A stretch of 62,383 bases of DNA, counting the filler. It is 3 parts of 3 records of this genome, joined end to end, with 100 filler letters (N's around TTAATTAATTAA, not from the genome) between each part and the next. Parts side by side here need not be neighbours in the genome. Positions count along the whole stretch, not along the records: positions 38,908 to 62,383 come from SRR31156797_16893; 2 more parts are not named here. One strand, given 5' to 3'. Below, in pieces: positions 48,869 to 59,092 of the stretch. The notes beneath the pieces are model-generated. The model was not told the origin of the DNA and made no database searches. It worked only from the letters and a program-made list of their open reading frames with translations. Each line of letters begins with the position of its first letter. Position 1 is the first letter of the stretch. The position numbers were made by a program, and so were the translations under genes.

Positions 48869-50287
48869 TCAGCTTTTGCTAAGAATCGCTGCAAGCTGCT
48901 CATAATAGGAAAGGACTCTGATCCATGATTCGCGGCTGTAGTCATTGTTTTGCAGAAAAAGTTGTATAAAACCTGTAAATTGCCGTAAAACTAACGGGCA
49001 TGAATTCCAAAAAGAATCATCCAAAGGCGCACTACGGGCCAATCCATTGCTGAACTCTTTGCCCAGTCGGGGAAGATGATTTATCATTTTCATAGCTAGA
49101 GCGGGCTTTTCCCTGATAAATGCCGACCAAAACATCTCAACATCAGTTGCATCCCATAAACCAAAAACAAAACCAAAATACTGTTGCCAAAACCTTCCCA
49201 GCAAATCTCCTGCCTGCGCCCGACTGCCACACAATTGGTTTAAATGATACATTCCCTTAGCATTACGAGCAGTTACTGATATACGCAATCCAGGTATATT
49301 CAGTTTTCGAAGCCCTTCACGATCATCCCGAATGATCCGCTTTGCCGCCACAACTATACGGGAAGGCGAAAACTGACTGTGACAGTAGAGCTTATCCCGT
49401 GAACATGACCAACACCCCAACGCACAACTCATTGAAGACCGAAGAACATAATGCCCTCGCTGAAAAGGTCCTGTTTCCCAAGGATTCACATTACCCATGG
49501 AAAGATTGAGCACCTTCAGCCCAGACCATGCTGCAAGGTGCATAGGCCCAGTATCCGGGGTAATAAAAAGTTGCAAAGACTGCCCTACCGCACCCAGTTC
49601 TCCAAGGTTGAGTTTACCGGACATATCCAACACAGGCCCTTTTAAAAGCCGACTTACTTCCTGTCCCATCCCCTTTTCGAGAGGACCCCCAAAAAGCACC
49701 GGACGCAATCCCTGATCCAGCAATTCAGAACACAAACCAACCCAAAATTTAACAGAAGGACGCTTAGCCTCCTCACTTGCACCCAGGAACAAACCTATAC
49801 GGTTAGACTCACTGTTAAGCGTTCTAGGAAAAGGCCATTTTGTAGATCCAATTGTGTTAACAGGAACACAATCTAAAGCATTAAGGTCCGCCCAATGATA
49901 AAGGTTGTGGCGATTATTTTCCACGACACTAGCCCGATATAACTGCCAACTGCCGAGGATATGGGTCACCCCATCCTTCGATGCCACCGGACCGAGTTTT
50001 GTTTCAGCCTGCAACTCCCCGGCAAGATTTGCGGCCTGACTGCGGATACTCAAGTTGACAATCAACTCGTATTTATTCGTGCGCAACACCTGAACACCTT
50101 CCCAAGGGAAGTAAGTAACCCTCGGGCTGATCGGCATAAGCGGACGGAAAAATTTTTCCTCGGCCACCACCCAGATAGGGTGACCGGGATAGGTTCTCTC
50201 CAACCAGAGAAAAAGCGGAAAAGAGAGGATCAAATCCCCCATGCGCTGCATTTGAAGAACAAGTATCGGACGTTTGGACATGAGCAC
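48869..50287 (-). CDS. Glycosyltransferase family 9 protein
   Basis: LQMQRMGDLI, GASEEAKRP, ITPDTGPMHLAA. Confidence 0.88.
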   Translation of the reverse strand: MLMSKRPILVLQMQRMGDLILSFPLFLWLERTYPGHPIWVVAEEKFFRPLMPISPRVTYFPWEGVQVLRTNKYELIVNLSIRSQAANLAGELQAETKLGPVASKDGVTHILGSWQLYRASVVENNRHNLYHWADLNALDCVPVNTIGSTKWPFPRTLNSESNRIGLFLGASEEAKRPSVKFWVGLCSELLDQGLRPVLFGGPLEKGMGQEVSRLLKGPVLDMSGKLNLGELGAVGQSLQLFITPDTGPMHLAAWSGLKVLNLSMGNVNPWETGPFQRGHYVLRSSMSCALGCWSCSRDKLYCHSQFSPSRIVVAAKRIIRDDREGLRKLNIPGLRISVTARNAKGMYHLNQLCGSRAQAGDLLGRFWQQYFGFVFGLWDATDVEMFWSAFIREKPALAMKMINHLPRLGKEFSNGLARSAPLDDSFWNSCPLVLRQFTGFIQLFLQNNDYSRESWIRVLSYYEQLAAILSKS

Positions 50288-50332
50288 AGCTTACAGTAAT
50301 ATTTTATAAAATTCTATGGGGAGGTAGGAAGC

Positions 50333-50364
50333 AAAAAACCCGGTCCTCCATACGGAAAACCGGG
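50333..50364 (-). terminator. Intrinsic terminator after transaldolase
   Basis: CCCGG...CCGGG stem with a minus-strand T6 tail. Confidence 0.65.
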
Positions 50365-50391
50365 ATATAAATCAAAAAACAATCACAAAAA

Positions 50392-51036
50392 TTACTTGGT
50401 CAACTTTTCCCAATCCGCATTGAATGCAGCCAGTCCCTTATCAGTCAGGGGGTGGGCGGCAAGTTGACTGATCACACTATAAGGAATGGTCGCCACGTCA
50501 GCACCGATCAAGGCAGAATCAAGCACGTGCATGGGGTGACGAATTGAAGCCACTAAAATCTTAGTGGGGAAATCATAATTATCAAAGATAGTACGGATCT
50601 GACCGATAAGCTCCATGCCATCATGGGCTATTCCGTCCAAGCGGCCTACAAAAGGACTTACATAAGTAGCCCCGGCCTTAGCAGCCAGCAGAGCCTGCAA
50701 GGGAGAAAAGACGAGGGTCACGTTGGTTTTCACACCCTTACGGTAAAGGCTTTCAGTAGCCACTAGACCCTCGTTGGTCATGGGCACCTTGATAACCACG
50801 TTATCACCAAATGAAGCAAGATCTTCAGCCTCACGGATCATTTCTTCGGCACTATCACCCACAACTTCAAGACTAACCGGACCTTCCACTTCCGCACAGA
50901 TGGCTTCAGCCTGCTTACGCCAGTCCCCGCCCTCGCGGGATAGCAGTGTCGGGTTGGTGGTGACACCGTCCATCAGCCCCTGAGCCTTAGCCTTCCTGAT
51001 CTCCTCCAGATTCGCGGTATCCAGAAAGAATTCCAT
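50392..51036 (-). CDS. fsa: Transaldolase / fructose-6-phosphate aldolase family
   Basis: [50 protein letters not shown] at 51036 with a GAGG SD. Confidence 0.93.
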   Translation of the reverse strand: MEFFLDTANLEEIRKAKAQGLMDGVTTNPTLLSREGGDWRKQAEAICAEVEGPVSLEVVGDSAEEMIREAEDLASFGDNVVIKVPMTNEGLVATESLYRKGVKTNVTLVFSPLQALLAAKAGATYVSPFVGRLDGIAHDGMELIGQIRTIFDNYDFPTKILVASIRHPMHVLDSALIGADVATIPYSVISQLAAHPLTDKGLAAFNADWEKLTK

Positions 51037-51213
51037 GCACACCTCACAATTAACTTCTAATATTATTGACACTTAACCATCGAAACTGCATTTTCCACAA
51101 CACATATTGTCTCCAACATAGCCCATTTTTCATTTGATAAAAAGAGCTATATTTATAAATAACCAAGACTTAACCTGGATAAATATAAAATAAGCTTCTC
51201 AAAATACTCCCGG

Positions 51214-51242
51214 TTGACAACTCCAAAGGAGCGGGGTAAACA
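51214..51242 (+). promoter_or_regulatory. Sigma70 promoter of the trp leader and trpB
   Basis: TTGACA (51214-51219), 17-bp spacer, TAAACA. Confidence 0.65.
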
Positions 51243-51252
51243 CTTTCTCACT

Positions 51253-51306
51253 ATGAACGTTTCTTACTCCAACTTTACCCTTTATTTTTGGTGGTGGCGC
51301 AGCTGA
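51253..51306 (+). CDS. trpL: Trp attenuator leader peptide MNVSYSNFTLYFWWWRS
   Basis: 17 codons with three consecutive TGG codons, directly upstream of trpB. Confidence 0.9.
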   Translation: MNVSYSNFTLYFWWWRS

Positions 51307-51360
51307 TGCGTCGCGGTTGGTTACGTTCAAAAAACAGGTAACAAATAAAAAATTTTATAG

Positions 51361-51394
51361 AACCGCGACAGTGAAAACTGATCGCGGTTTTTTT
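51361..51394 (+). terminator. Attenuator terminator
   Basis: AACCGCGA...TCGCGGTT plus T-run; alternative partner TCGCGGTT at 51311-51318. Confidence 0.88.
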
Positions 51395-51437
51395 ATGCCT
51401 GCACAGCACTGTCGTAGAAAAAATTCAGGAGAGAAAA

Positions 51438-52649
51438 ATGACTGACAACGCAACTATCAATGCAGATGGCTTTTTTGGTGAATACGGTGGACAGTATGTT
51501 CCCGAACAGCTTCTTCCCATCCTGAACGAGCTGGCGGAAACATATGAAAAATTCAGAAAAGACCCTGAATTCATCAAAGAATTTCAGTACTATCTGGCAA
51601 AATATTCCGGACGTCCTACTCCTCTCTACCTCTGTTCTAACCTCACCGAAGAACTCGGCGGTGCTAAAATCTATCTCAAGCGCGAAGACCTCAACCATCT
51701 CGGTGCGCACAAAGTAAACAACACCATCGGCCAGATCCTGCTGGCAAAACGTATGGGCAAGAAAAAAATTATAGCTGAAACCGGTGCCGGACAGCACGGC
51801 GTAGCTACTGCCGCAACCTGCGCGCTCATGGGTATGAAATGTACCATCGTCATGGGCGAAGTAGACATGGAACGCCAGAAGCTGAACGTATTCCGCATGC
51901 GTATGATGGGTGCAGATGTTGTAGCCGCTAAATCAGGCCAGAAGACCCTCAAAGAAGCCGTAGATGAAGCCCTTACCGCATGGATCGGTGATGCTGAGAA
52001 CACATTTTACCTGCTCGGTTCCGCTGTAGGCCCCCATCCTTATCCGATGATGGTCCGCGACTTCCAGTCCGTGATCAGTAAAGAAGCCAAGCAGCAGTGC
52101 CTTGAAGACGAAGGCCGCCTGCCTGATTACTGCGTTGCCTGCGTAGGTGGCGGCTCCAACGCCATCGGCATGTTCGCAGAATTCATCGCAGATGAATCCG
52201 TTAAACTCATCGGGGTTGAACCTTCCGGACGCAGCCTTGAACCGGGTGAACACGCTGCAACCCTCTGCCTTGGCGAACCCGGCGTAATGCACGGCTTCAA
52301 CTCCTACATGCTCAAGGACGAGAAGGGCGAACCTGCTCCGGTTTACTCCATCTCCGCAGGTCTCGATTACCCCAGCGTAGGACCCGAACATTCCCACCTA
52401 AAGGACCTCGGCCGCGCTGAATACGTCCATGCATCTGACAAGGAAGCCACCGACGCATTCTTCAAGCTTTCCCAGACCGAAGGCATCATCCCCGCACTCG
52501 AATCCTCCCACGCACTGGCCCATGCTCTCAAGCTGGCACCGCAGCTCGACAAGGACAAGATCATCATCGTCAACCTTTCCGGTCGCGGCGACAAAGACGT
52601 GGCCCAGATCGAAGACATGATCAGCAAAGGTGAACTTGAATTGCCTTAA
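51438..52649 (+). CDS. trpB: Tryptophan synthase beta chain (stand-alone)
   Basis: [59 protein letters not shown]. Confidence 0.97.
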   Translation: MTDNATINADGFFGEYGGQYVPEQLLPILNELAETYEKFRKDPEFIKEFQYYLAKYSGRPTPLYLCSNLTEELGGAKIYLKREDLNHLGAHKVNNTIGQILLAKRMGKKKIIAETGAGQHGVATAATCALMGMKCTIVMGEVDMERQKLNVFRMRMMGADVVAAKSGQKTLKEAVDEALTAWIGDAENTFYLLGSAVGPHPYPMMVRDFQSVISKEAKQQCLEDEGRLPDYCVACVGGGSNAIGMFAEFIADESVKLIGVEPSGRSLEPGEHAATLCLGEPGVMHGFNSYMLKDEKGEPAPVYSISAGLDYPSVGPEHSHLKDLGRAEYVHASDKEATDAFFKLSQTEGIIPALESSHALAHALKLAPQLDKDKIIIVNLSGRGDKDVAQIEDMISKGELELP

Positions 52650-52653
52650 AGGC

Positions 52654-52692
52654 ATGCCTCCGGCGGCTTAAACCCTTTTAATAAGGCTTCGC
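52654..52692 (+). repeat. Short REP-like element after trpB
   Basis: ATGCCTCCGGCGGC head and CTTTTAATAAGGCTTCGC tail shared with 38948-38964. Confidence 0.45.
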
Positions 52693-52706
52693 CATCATAT
52701 AAGAAC

Positions 52707-52743
52707 AAAGCGGCCCGTTTTCTTATGAAAACAGGCCGCTTTT
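52707..52743. terminator. Bidirectional terminator between trpB and the YkgJ gene
   Basis: AAAGCGGCC.GTTTTC...GAAAAC.GGCCGCTTT. Confidence 0.85.
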
Positions 52744-52764
52744 ATTGATATAGCTTTATATTAC

Positions 52765-53523
52765 TTACATTTGACCATTCAACTTTTCACCTGCCAGCCA
52801 CTTAGTATACGCAGATTCAAAATCGGTCAGAATCTGAGCCAGCATAGGCATGAATGATCCTATGCCGCCCTCAATGCCAAACCCGGCCAGATAAGCCTGC
52901 TGTCCGGTGAAAACCAGATCCTTCTGGACCATGATCAATGCATTCTGCGGAACAGTGACCTTATTTTTTGTGCTGAAACTTTTCTTACAAGCTTCAAGAT
53001 CAGTTGAAATCCAGTTACGGCACAGGATGGGCCGCACTTCGTAGATGGAGCACTGGTCGTCTTTTAAAAATGGACAGGACTGAAAATATTTTTGTGCAAA
53101 TTCCTTAAGCTGACCGGGAACAAAATCCGCGGCAGCAGCCATACATTCCTCGGTCAGCCGAACAAATTCATCTTCAGAACAATTAGCCGCCAGATGCAGG
53201 GCAATCCGAAAAACTTCCTGCGGGGTAACTGTGATGTGAGAAGAGCAGCAATAAGAACATCCGGCAGCACAGACGGCCTTGAAATCTGAGTCCAGACTTT
53301 CTACCTGTCCCAGCATGGCACTAAAATTTGCACCGAATAGAGCAAGCCCCTTTTCAGCTAGCAAGACAGGGAATTGCTGCATTTCGGGAGTAATATTTGC
53401 GCAATCCGCACACACTGCCATGCTCATATCCCGCAACAATTTGATCATCTCCGGGTGACCTTCAAAAAAGGGAAAGGCATGAGCAAGACCGTTGTCGATG
53501 ATTCCATCAAGACTGTTTTTCAT
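52765..53523 (-). CDS. YkgJ family (CxxxCxxCC) cysteine-cluster protein
   Basis: CAAGCSYCC, CPFL, CSIYEVRPILCR. Confidence 0.88.
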   Translation of the reverse strand: MKNSLDGIIDNGLAHAFPFFEGHPEMIKLLRDMSMAVCADCANITPEMQQFPVLLAEKGLALFGANFSAMLGQVESLDSDFKAVCAAGCSYCCSSHITVTPQEVFRIALHLAANCSEDEFVRLTEECMAAAADFVPGQLKEFAQKYFQSCPFLKDDQCSIYEVRPILCRNWISTDLEACKKSFSTKNKVTVPQNALIMVQKDLVFTGQQAYLAGFGIEGGIGSFMPMLAQILTDFESAYTKWLAGEKLNGQM

Positions 53524-54451
53524 TCTTCTCTCCTGAAGAAATTACTCGGTTACGGTTCGCGAGCAATATCCCCGAAATATTATGCCAGAGGCTGAACAAG
53601 GCCCCAGGCAATGCACTCGCAATCCCAAAATATTTAGTAGCCAAAGCCACGCCAAGACCGGAATTCTGCATGCCCACCTCGATAGCGAGAGTAACGCTGT
53701 CTCGATGACTGAATCCGGACAGTCTGCCGACTCCGTACCCGGCCCCCAGTCCACCGGCATTGTGCAGGATAACAGCAATGAAAACAAGAAGCGGAAAAGA
53801 AGCCAGCATATCATGGTTCAGCCCGATAATGCAGGCGATCAACATAGAGATCACAATGATAGAGATGGAAGGAAAAATATGCAGCAACGGGTCCAGCCTG
53901 CTACGCAAAAGCCTGCGTAGCACCAAACCGTCCACCAGCGGAAAAATGACAATCCAAAATACGGATTTAACCATGGGCAGGAATGAAATTTCAATCTGCT
54001 GGTTAAGAATGGTATAAATAATCAACGGGGTCAGCAGCGGAGCAAGGCAGGTCGAGACAAGGGTCATGGTCACAGAAAGGGCCACATTTGCCTTTGCCAG
54101 ATGGGCAATTACATTCGAAGCCGTTCCGCCGGGACAAGCTCCGACCACAACCATTCCGATCAAAGCTTCCTGAGGTAATCCGCATAGAGCGGAAAGTCCC
54201 ACCGCTAAGGCTGGCATGACAGTATACTGAAGCAGAACACCCAGCCCTACCACTTTATAATTGCATATAGCCGCCGCAAAATCACTAAATTCAAGGGTCA
54301 GTCCCATGCCAAACATAATAATGCCCAGACTAAGGGCAATATGGGGCTTCATCCATGTAAAAAGCGCTGGATCCAGAAAAGCAACGCAGCTCAAAACCAC
54401 TGCCAGCAAAAGAAAATGTTTTTCTATAGTACGACATAAAGTACCAATCAT
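53507..54451 (-). CDS. Bile acid:sodium symporter (BASS) family transporter
   Basis: IMFGMGLTL, QYTVMP, CPGGTASNV, EVGMQNSGL; ATG at 54451 has an AGGAG SD. Confidence 0.92.
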   Translation of the reverse strand: MIGTLCRTIEKHFLLLAVVLSCVAFLDPALFTWMKPHIALSLGIIMFGMGLTLEFSDFAAAICNYKVVGLGVLLQYTVMPALAVGLSALCGLPQEALIGMVVVGACPGGTASNVIAHLAKANVALSVTMTLVSTCLAPLLTPLIIYTILNQQIEISFLPMVKSVFWIVIFPLVDGLVLRRLLRSRLDPLLHIFPSISIIVISMLIACIIGLNHDMLASFPLLVFIAVILHNAGGLGAGYGVGRLSGFSHRDSVTLAIEVGMQNSGLGVALATKYFGIASALPGALFSLWHNISGILLANRNRVISSGEKNEKQS

Positions 54452-54600
54452 CTTCACTCCTGCGAAAACAAAATTGCAAACTTTACGTTGCTGTAGAGCA
54501 TAATCCATCACCCTGCAAGCAAGTACATGCATACCCCTTGAATATGATTCAAGTTCTGATATTTAATAAGGTGTAAACGTTTAGCTTTATTTAGTTAGCC

Positions 54601-55327
54601 ATGAATTTACACAAATCAGCACAATTTAGTTTCTTTCAGAGTAATGATCCGGAATGTGTTCCGACACTACTGCCCTACCTAAAAATGTACGGCAACAGAT
54701 GCATGTCCTATTCGACAACACAACCGGGGTTGAGTCATGCCCTGCTGAAATCCAGCGGTTATATTTCATGGTTGGAAGTCAAAACACTCATGCATGGGAA
54801 AAACGCGGTACTTCTGTCCGAACCGGTCGCCGCCCCAGCCCAAAAGTTATTTCTTATAAAAAACTTGAACAACATTTAGGCCAAATAACTCTCATCCAGA
54901 TTGGGGAAAATTTGGCTGAAACACTTTTTAATGAAGGATACAACATTTATCAGATCGGGGTGGAAACCGAACTGGACATCCAAACATATTCCCTGAACGG
55001 AAAGCACAAAAGCTCACTTCGCCGATGGAACAACAAAGGACGGAAATCCGGACTTATCGTAGAAGAAAAGAAATTTTCAGAAATGGATCAACAGGAAATC
55101 AATAAACTCTGTCAGGATTGGAACAGGGCTACAATCTTTCCAGACCGTTGCAAAAACTTGCTCAACTCTTCTATGATGTTGGAGAAAAAGTATATCCGTT
55201 CAAGGGAAACGCCAGACATAAGTCTAAATTCTGCGGCAAAAGGAAAAAAGTATATGTAGCGAGCAATGCAGGCTGGTTCAGGACGATGATAGCGGCAGCT
55301 ACTGCGTGCGGACTGGAGTTATCATAA
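54601..55327 (+). pseudogene. Broken DUF2156 (lysyl-PG synthase C-terminal-like) gene
   Basis: Family-like sequence split over three frames: VLLSEPVAAP; YQIGVETELDIQTYSLNGK...SLRRW.NK; YPFKGNARHKSKF. Confidence 0.7.
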
Positions 55328-55343
55328 GCGAAGCAGAGCCTGA

Positions 55344-55661
55344 TCAGCTGACCTGTACTTTCAATTCATCAAGGTAGTAACGGTACTTTTTCACTAAAGG
55401 CTCAAGAGCATCATCCAATCCAAGCTTGGAAACGTCTTGAATTGCCAGGCCCAGCCGGGAAAGGGGATCAAGACAAAAATTAGCAGCAGCACCTTTCAGG
55501 CTGTGCCCCAGCCGACCTACTTCTTTAAGGTCTCCTGCCTCAAGGCTATTTTCCATCTGCTGTAACTCGTCAAACTGATGGACCACAAAATGCGGGATCA
55601 ATTCTCTAAGATCATCATTGATGATGAACAAGTCTTGTCCTGCGTTCTCTCCAGAAATCAT
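55344..55661 (-). CDS. Stand-alone HPt phosphotransfer protein
   Basis: GHSLKGAAANF motif, 105 aa, 3 nt after the kinase. Confidence 0.9.
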   Translation of the reverse strand: MISGENAGQDLFIINDDLRELIPHFVVHQFDELQQMENSLEAGDLKEVGRLGHSLKGAAANFCLDPLSRLGLAIQDVSKLGLDDALEPLVKKYRYYLDELKVQVS

Positions 55662-55664
55662 TTT

Positions 55665-58052
55665 CTACTCCAGAATAGTAATATCTTCAGGAAGATCACC
55701 TTTCGCGGCAACTGCCGAGACAGTAGATCTAATGGTATCCCATTTCACCGGTTTGGATATAAACCCGTCACATCCAGCCTGTGCCGAATCCTTCCGGTTA
55801 GAACTGTACGCTCTGGCGGCAAGAGCTACAATTATAGATTTTTGCCTTTCGCTGCCGAATTCGAACTCACGCATCCGCCTCACGGCCGTGATCCCATCCA
55901 TCACCGGAAGCTCCAGATCCATGAACACAAGGTCGTAACTGTTATCGGTAAAAAGCTGCACGGCCTGCAAGCCATCCACCGCAACGGTTATGTCTGCTCC
56001 GGTATCAAGGATGAAAAGTTCAAGAATCTTACGGTGGTTTTCATTATCTTCCACCAGTAAAACATTAAGCCCATGTCCAGCCCTATTTCTATCTTTGGAG
56101 GAATCCCCCACAGAAGCCAGACAGCGGATCAGATCCGCATCGAAAACAGGCTTGATTAATGTGTAATCGGCTCCGACCAGTCGGGCATTCTGCCTGTCTT
56201 CTTCTGTACACCCGGCAGAAAACATCATTGCCACGCGTCCGGGAAGCAAACCTTTCTGCTGTGCTTTTGAAAGGAAGTCAACCCCCGGCATATCCGGCAT
56301 ATCGCTGTCTACAAGCAGCAAGTCGTAAGCTTTCTCAGGATCTGCTGCGGCAGCGAGATAATCAAGTCCCTCCGGCCCATTGGAAGCCATAACCGCATCA
56401 ATACCGAATGATTGCATCCTCCGGGCCAGCACCTCACGAACAGTATAATTGTCGTCAACAAGCAAAACGCGTGTGCCGGAAAAATCAGCCACGCTACGCA
56501 ACGGTTCATACACGGATTTTTTAAAAGGGATGGAAAAATAAAAGATGCTCCCCTTCCCGCTTTCGCTCTCAAAACGAATTTCACCATCCATAAGGACCGC
56601 CAGACGTGACGCGGCCGCCAGCCCCAATCCAACCCCGCCGTACTCACGGGAAGTCGAACCATCCGCCTGCACGAAACTGTCGAAAATGCTTTCCTGACGC
56701 CCTTCGGGAATTCCGATCCCGGTATCGCGGACAGTAAAAAGCATCCGTTCAAAATCCTCACCTGATTCTTCAAGACTCAAGCGAACTTCAACCTCACCGC
56801 TGGAGGTAAATTTTACGGCATTGGAAACAATGTTCAGCAATATCTGACGCACCCGAACCGGGTCACCTACGACCTGTGCCGGAACTCCCTGATCCACGTC
56901 ACAGATAACTTCAATATCTCTTGCATGTGCGGAATGGGCCACACTTTTACATACGCTTTGCACATCCCGGGAAGGGTCAAACGGAACCGGGACCAACTCA
57001 ATCTGACCGGATTCAATCTGCACAAAATCAAGAATATCATTGATAATTTTGAGCAAAAGTTCTCCAGACCCCCTGAAAATTTCAACATATCCCATCTGTT
57101 CAGGATCAAGTTCAGTCTCAAGCAATAAATCTCCCATACCGAGTATGGCATTCATGGGAGTCCTGATCTCATGACTGATCATGGCTAAAAACTGACTTTT
57201 GAACTGGCTGGCTTTTTCTGATTTATCCTTAGATTTCTCAAGTTCACGAACAGTAAAAGAAAGCTCTTCCAGAGCAGCATTCAAATCCTTTTCAGTTCTG
57301 CGACGGTTTTCAACCTCATCCTGAAGCTTGTGGTTTATTTTACTAAGTATTTCGGTTCGTTCACTAACCTTTTGATCCAGTTCAGACTGAATTCGGTTAA
57401 GCTTATCAGTGATATGTTCAAGGGACCCACTCAAACTTCCTATCTCATCATCCCTGTCCAGCTCCTCAAAAACAACCATTTCCCCCTGTTCAGCGCGTTT
57501 TGCCTGCTCCGAGATCCTGATAACAGGAGAAATAACAGTCCTGCCGATGAACAACCGCAGACCGAATCCTCCGATCAGTGCCGCCCCAAAAAGCAAAGGC
57601 AAAATATAAGTTAGAGCAAAAGAGACATTGTTGGCACGACTATCATTCAGGACTCCAACACGGACATACCCCAAATACTCGCCATCTTTGAGAATACGCT
57701 TTTCAACATAAAAGATATTGTTAGTTTCCTGCCCTTCATCCAATTCCTGAAAACGGCTAAAAACAGTCCCGGACTGATTATATACGGCACAAGAGACAAC
57801 AACCTCGCCAGCACAGGCATTTTTGACCAGCTCTTCAAGTTTATAGTTCTGAAAATTCAGAATTGCCTCACTGCTTGAAAAAGCCACCAAAGAAGCCGCT
57901 AAACGACCTTTAGACTCAATGGAATTATCTACTTCTGCCTGATAGAGTTCGCTGAAAACATAACCAAGCGGCAATAAAATTGCTGCCAGCACCACCACAA
58001 GTCCCAAAGTAATTCTGCGCTTTATCCTGAAGAAATTAGCCATCAAAAACAC
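55665..58052 (-). CDS. Hybrid sensor histidine kinase (TM-periplasmic-TM-HAMP-HisKA-HATPase-REC-REC)
   Basis: DDEIGSL HAMP, SHEIRTPMN, NAVKFT, DTGIG, GLGL, two receivers (VDSDMP, FMDLELP). Confidence 0.94.
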   Translation of the reverse strand: MFLMANFFRIKRRITLGLVVVLAAILLPLGYVFSELYQAEVDNSIESKGRLAASLVAFSSSEAILNFQNYKLEELVKNACAGEVVVSCAVYNQSGTVFSRFQELDEGQETNNIFYVEKRILKDGEYLGYVRVGVLNDSRANNVSFALTYILPLLFGAALIGGFGLRLFIGRTVISPVIRISEQAKRAEQGEMVVFEELDRDDEIGSLSGSLEHITDKLNRIQSELDQKVSERTEILSKINHKLQDEVENRRRTEKDLNAALEELSFTVRELEKSKDKSEKASQFKSQFLAMISHEIRTPMNAILGMGDLLLETELDPEQMGYVEIFRGSGELLLKIINDILDFVQIESGQIELVPVPFDPSRDVQSVCKSVAHSAHARDIEVICDVDQGVPAQVVGDPVRVRQILLNIVSNAVKFTSSGEVEVRLSLEESGEDFERMLFTVRDTGIGIPEGRQESIFDSFVQADGSTSREYGGVGLGLAAASRLAVLMDGEIRFESESGKGSIFYFSIPFKKSVYEPLRSVADFSGTRVLLVDDNYTVREVLARRMQSFGIDAVMASNGPEGLDYLAAAADPEKAYDLLLVDSDMPDMPGVDFLSKAQQKGLLPGRVAMMFSAGCTEEDRQNARLVGADYTLIKPVFDADLIRCLASVGDSSKDRNRAGHGLNVLLVEDNENHRKILELFILDTGADITVAVDGLQAVQLFTDNSYDLVFMDLELPVMDGITAVRRMREFEFGSERQKSIIVALAARAYSSNRKDSAQAGCDGFISKPVKWDTIRSTVSAVAAKGDLPEDITILE

Positions 58053-58060
58053 ATCCCGCT

Positions 58061-59083
58061 TTACTCAGCTGAAGGTTCCAGCTTGATTTTCCCCGAAATC
58101 AGATCGTTCCTCAAATTTTCGAGCAGACCAAGAACATCAGGAGTAATCAAATGTTTACTGTATTTCATTTCAGTTAACCCGACACCGCCATCCGCGAGGC
58201 CATATGCCTTACGCCCCGGCACAAAGGTCCCATTCAAAACAGCAAGGCATTCTTTGTATACGGCCACATCAAGCCTTTTCATCATGCTGGTCAAGACCGT
58301 TCCCTTAGCCATGTGATCCTGATTAGAATCAACACCGACAACCAGATTACCTGTATCTCGTGCAGCCTGGATTATACCGTTACCGGAAAGACCGGCAACA
58401 GCATAAATGATGTCCGTACCGGAACTGAACATATTCAGAGCCAGAGCATTAGCCTGTTGCGGATCTTCAAACCCTTTCTCGGAATTTCCCCTGCGCACGA
58501 ACTTAACATCAACTTCAACATCTCTGCCGGTAAACTCCACTCCCCGACGAAATCCGTTTAAAAATTCCTTGATTACGGGCAGCTCATTTGCACCGATAAA
58601 ACCGATTTTGCCAGTTTTTGTCTGCCATGCGCATAATGCCCCGACCAGACACGACCCCGGACCATGTCCATAATCAATTGAAATAATATTCGAATATCCT
58701 TCAAGCGCAGAATCATTAAAAATGAAAACGACATCAGGATGATCAAGAGCCATTTCGCCAAAACGGTTTCCTGACGGCATACTGTTGACCACAACAATTT
58801 CGGCACCTTCGCCAATTGAGGATTCAACAGCATCAGTAACGGTCTCTAGAGTAAACCCTCCCCTGCGGACCACCACCTCTATTTGACGCTCCTTTTGCAA
58901 ACGGCGCAATCCGGCAGCAACCATTTCATTGAAGGAATTATCATTAATAGTATCACCGGAAGCGACAAATCCGATTTTCACAACTGCAGCACGGCAAATA
59001 GACTTATTTCCAAAAATGAAAATAAAGATAAACAGGAATATCATCATTCCAACATATGCTTTTGCCCTGATCATGAAATTCAC
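58061..59083 (-). CDS. BMP/PnrA family periplasmic solute-binding protein
   Basis: Signal peptide; DNSFNE, TKTGKIGFIG, DIIYAVAG.SG.G, VGVDSNQ, TSMMKRLD. Confidence 0.9.
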   Translation of the reverse strand: MNFMIRAKAYVGMMIFLFIFIFIFGNKSICRAAVVKIGFVASGDTINDNSFNEMVAAGLRRLQKERQIEVVVRRGGFTLETVTDAVESSIGEGAEIVVVNSMPSGNRFGEMALDHPDVVFIFNDSALEGYSNIISIDYGHGPGSCLVGALCAWQTKTGKIGFIGANELPVIKEFLNGFRRGVEFTGRDVEVDVKFVRRGNSEKGFEDPQQANALALNMFSSGTDIIYAVAGLSGNGIIQAARDTGNLVVGVDSNQDHMAKGTVLTSMMKRLDVAVYKECLAVLNGTFVPGRKAYGLADGGVGLTEMKYSKHLITPDVLGLLENLRNDLISGKIKLEPSAE

Positions 59084-59092
59084 CTAAAAAAG

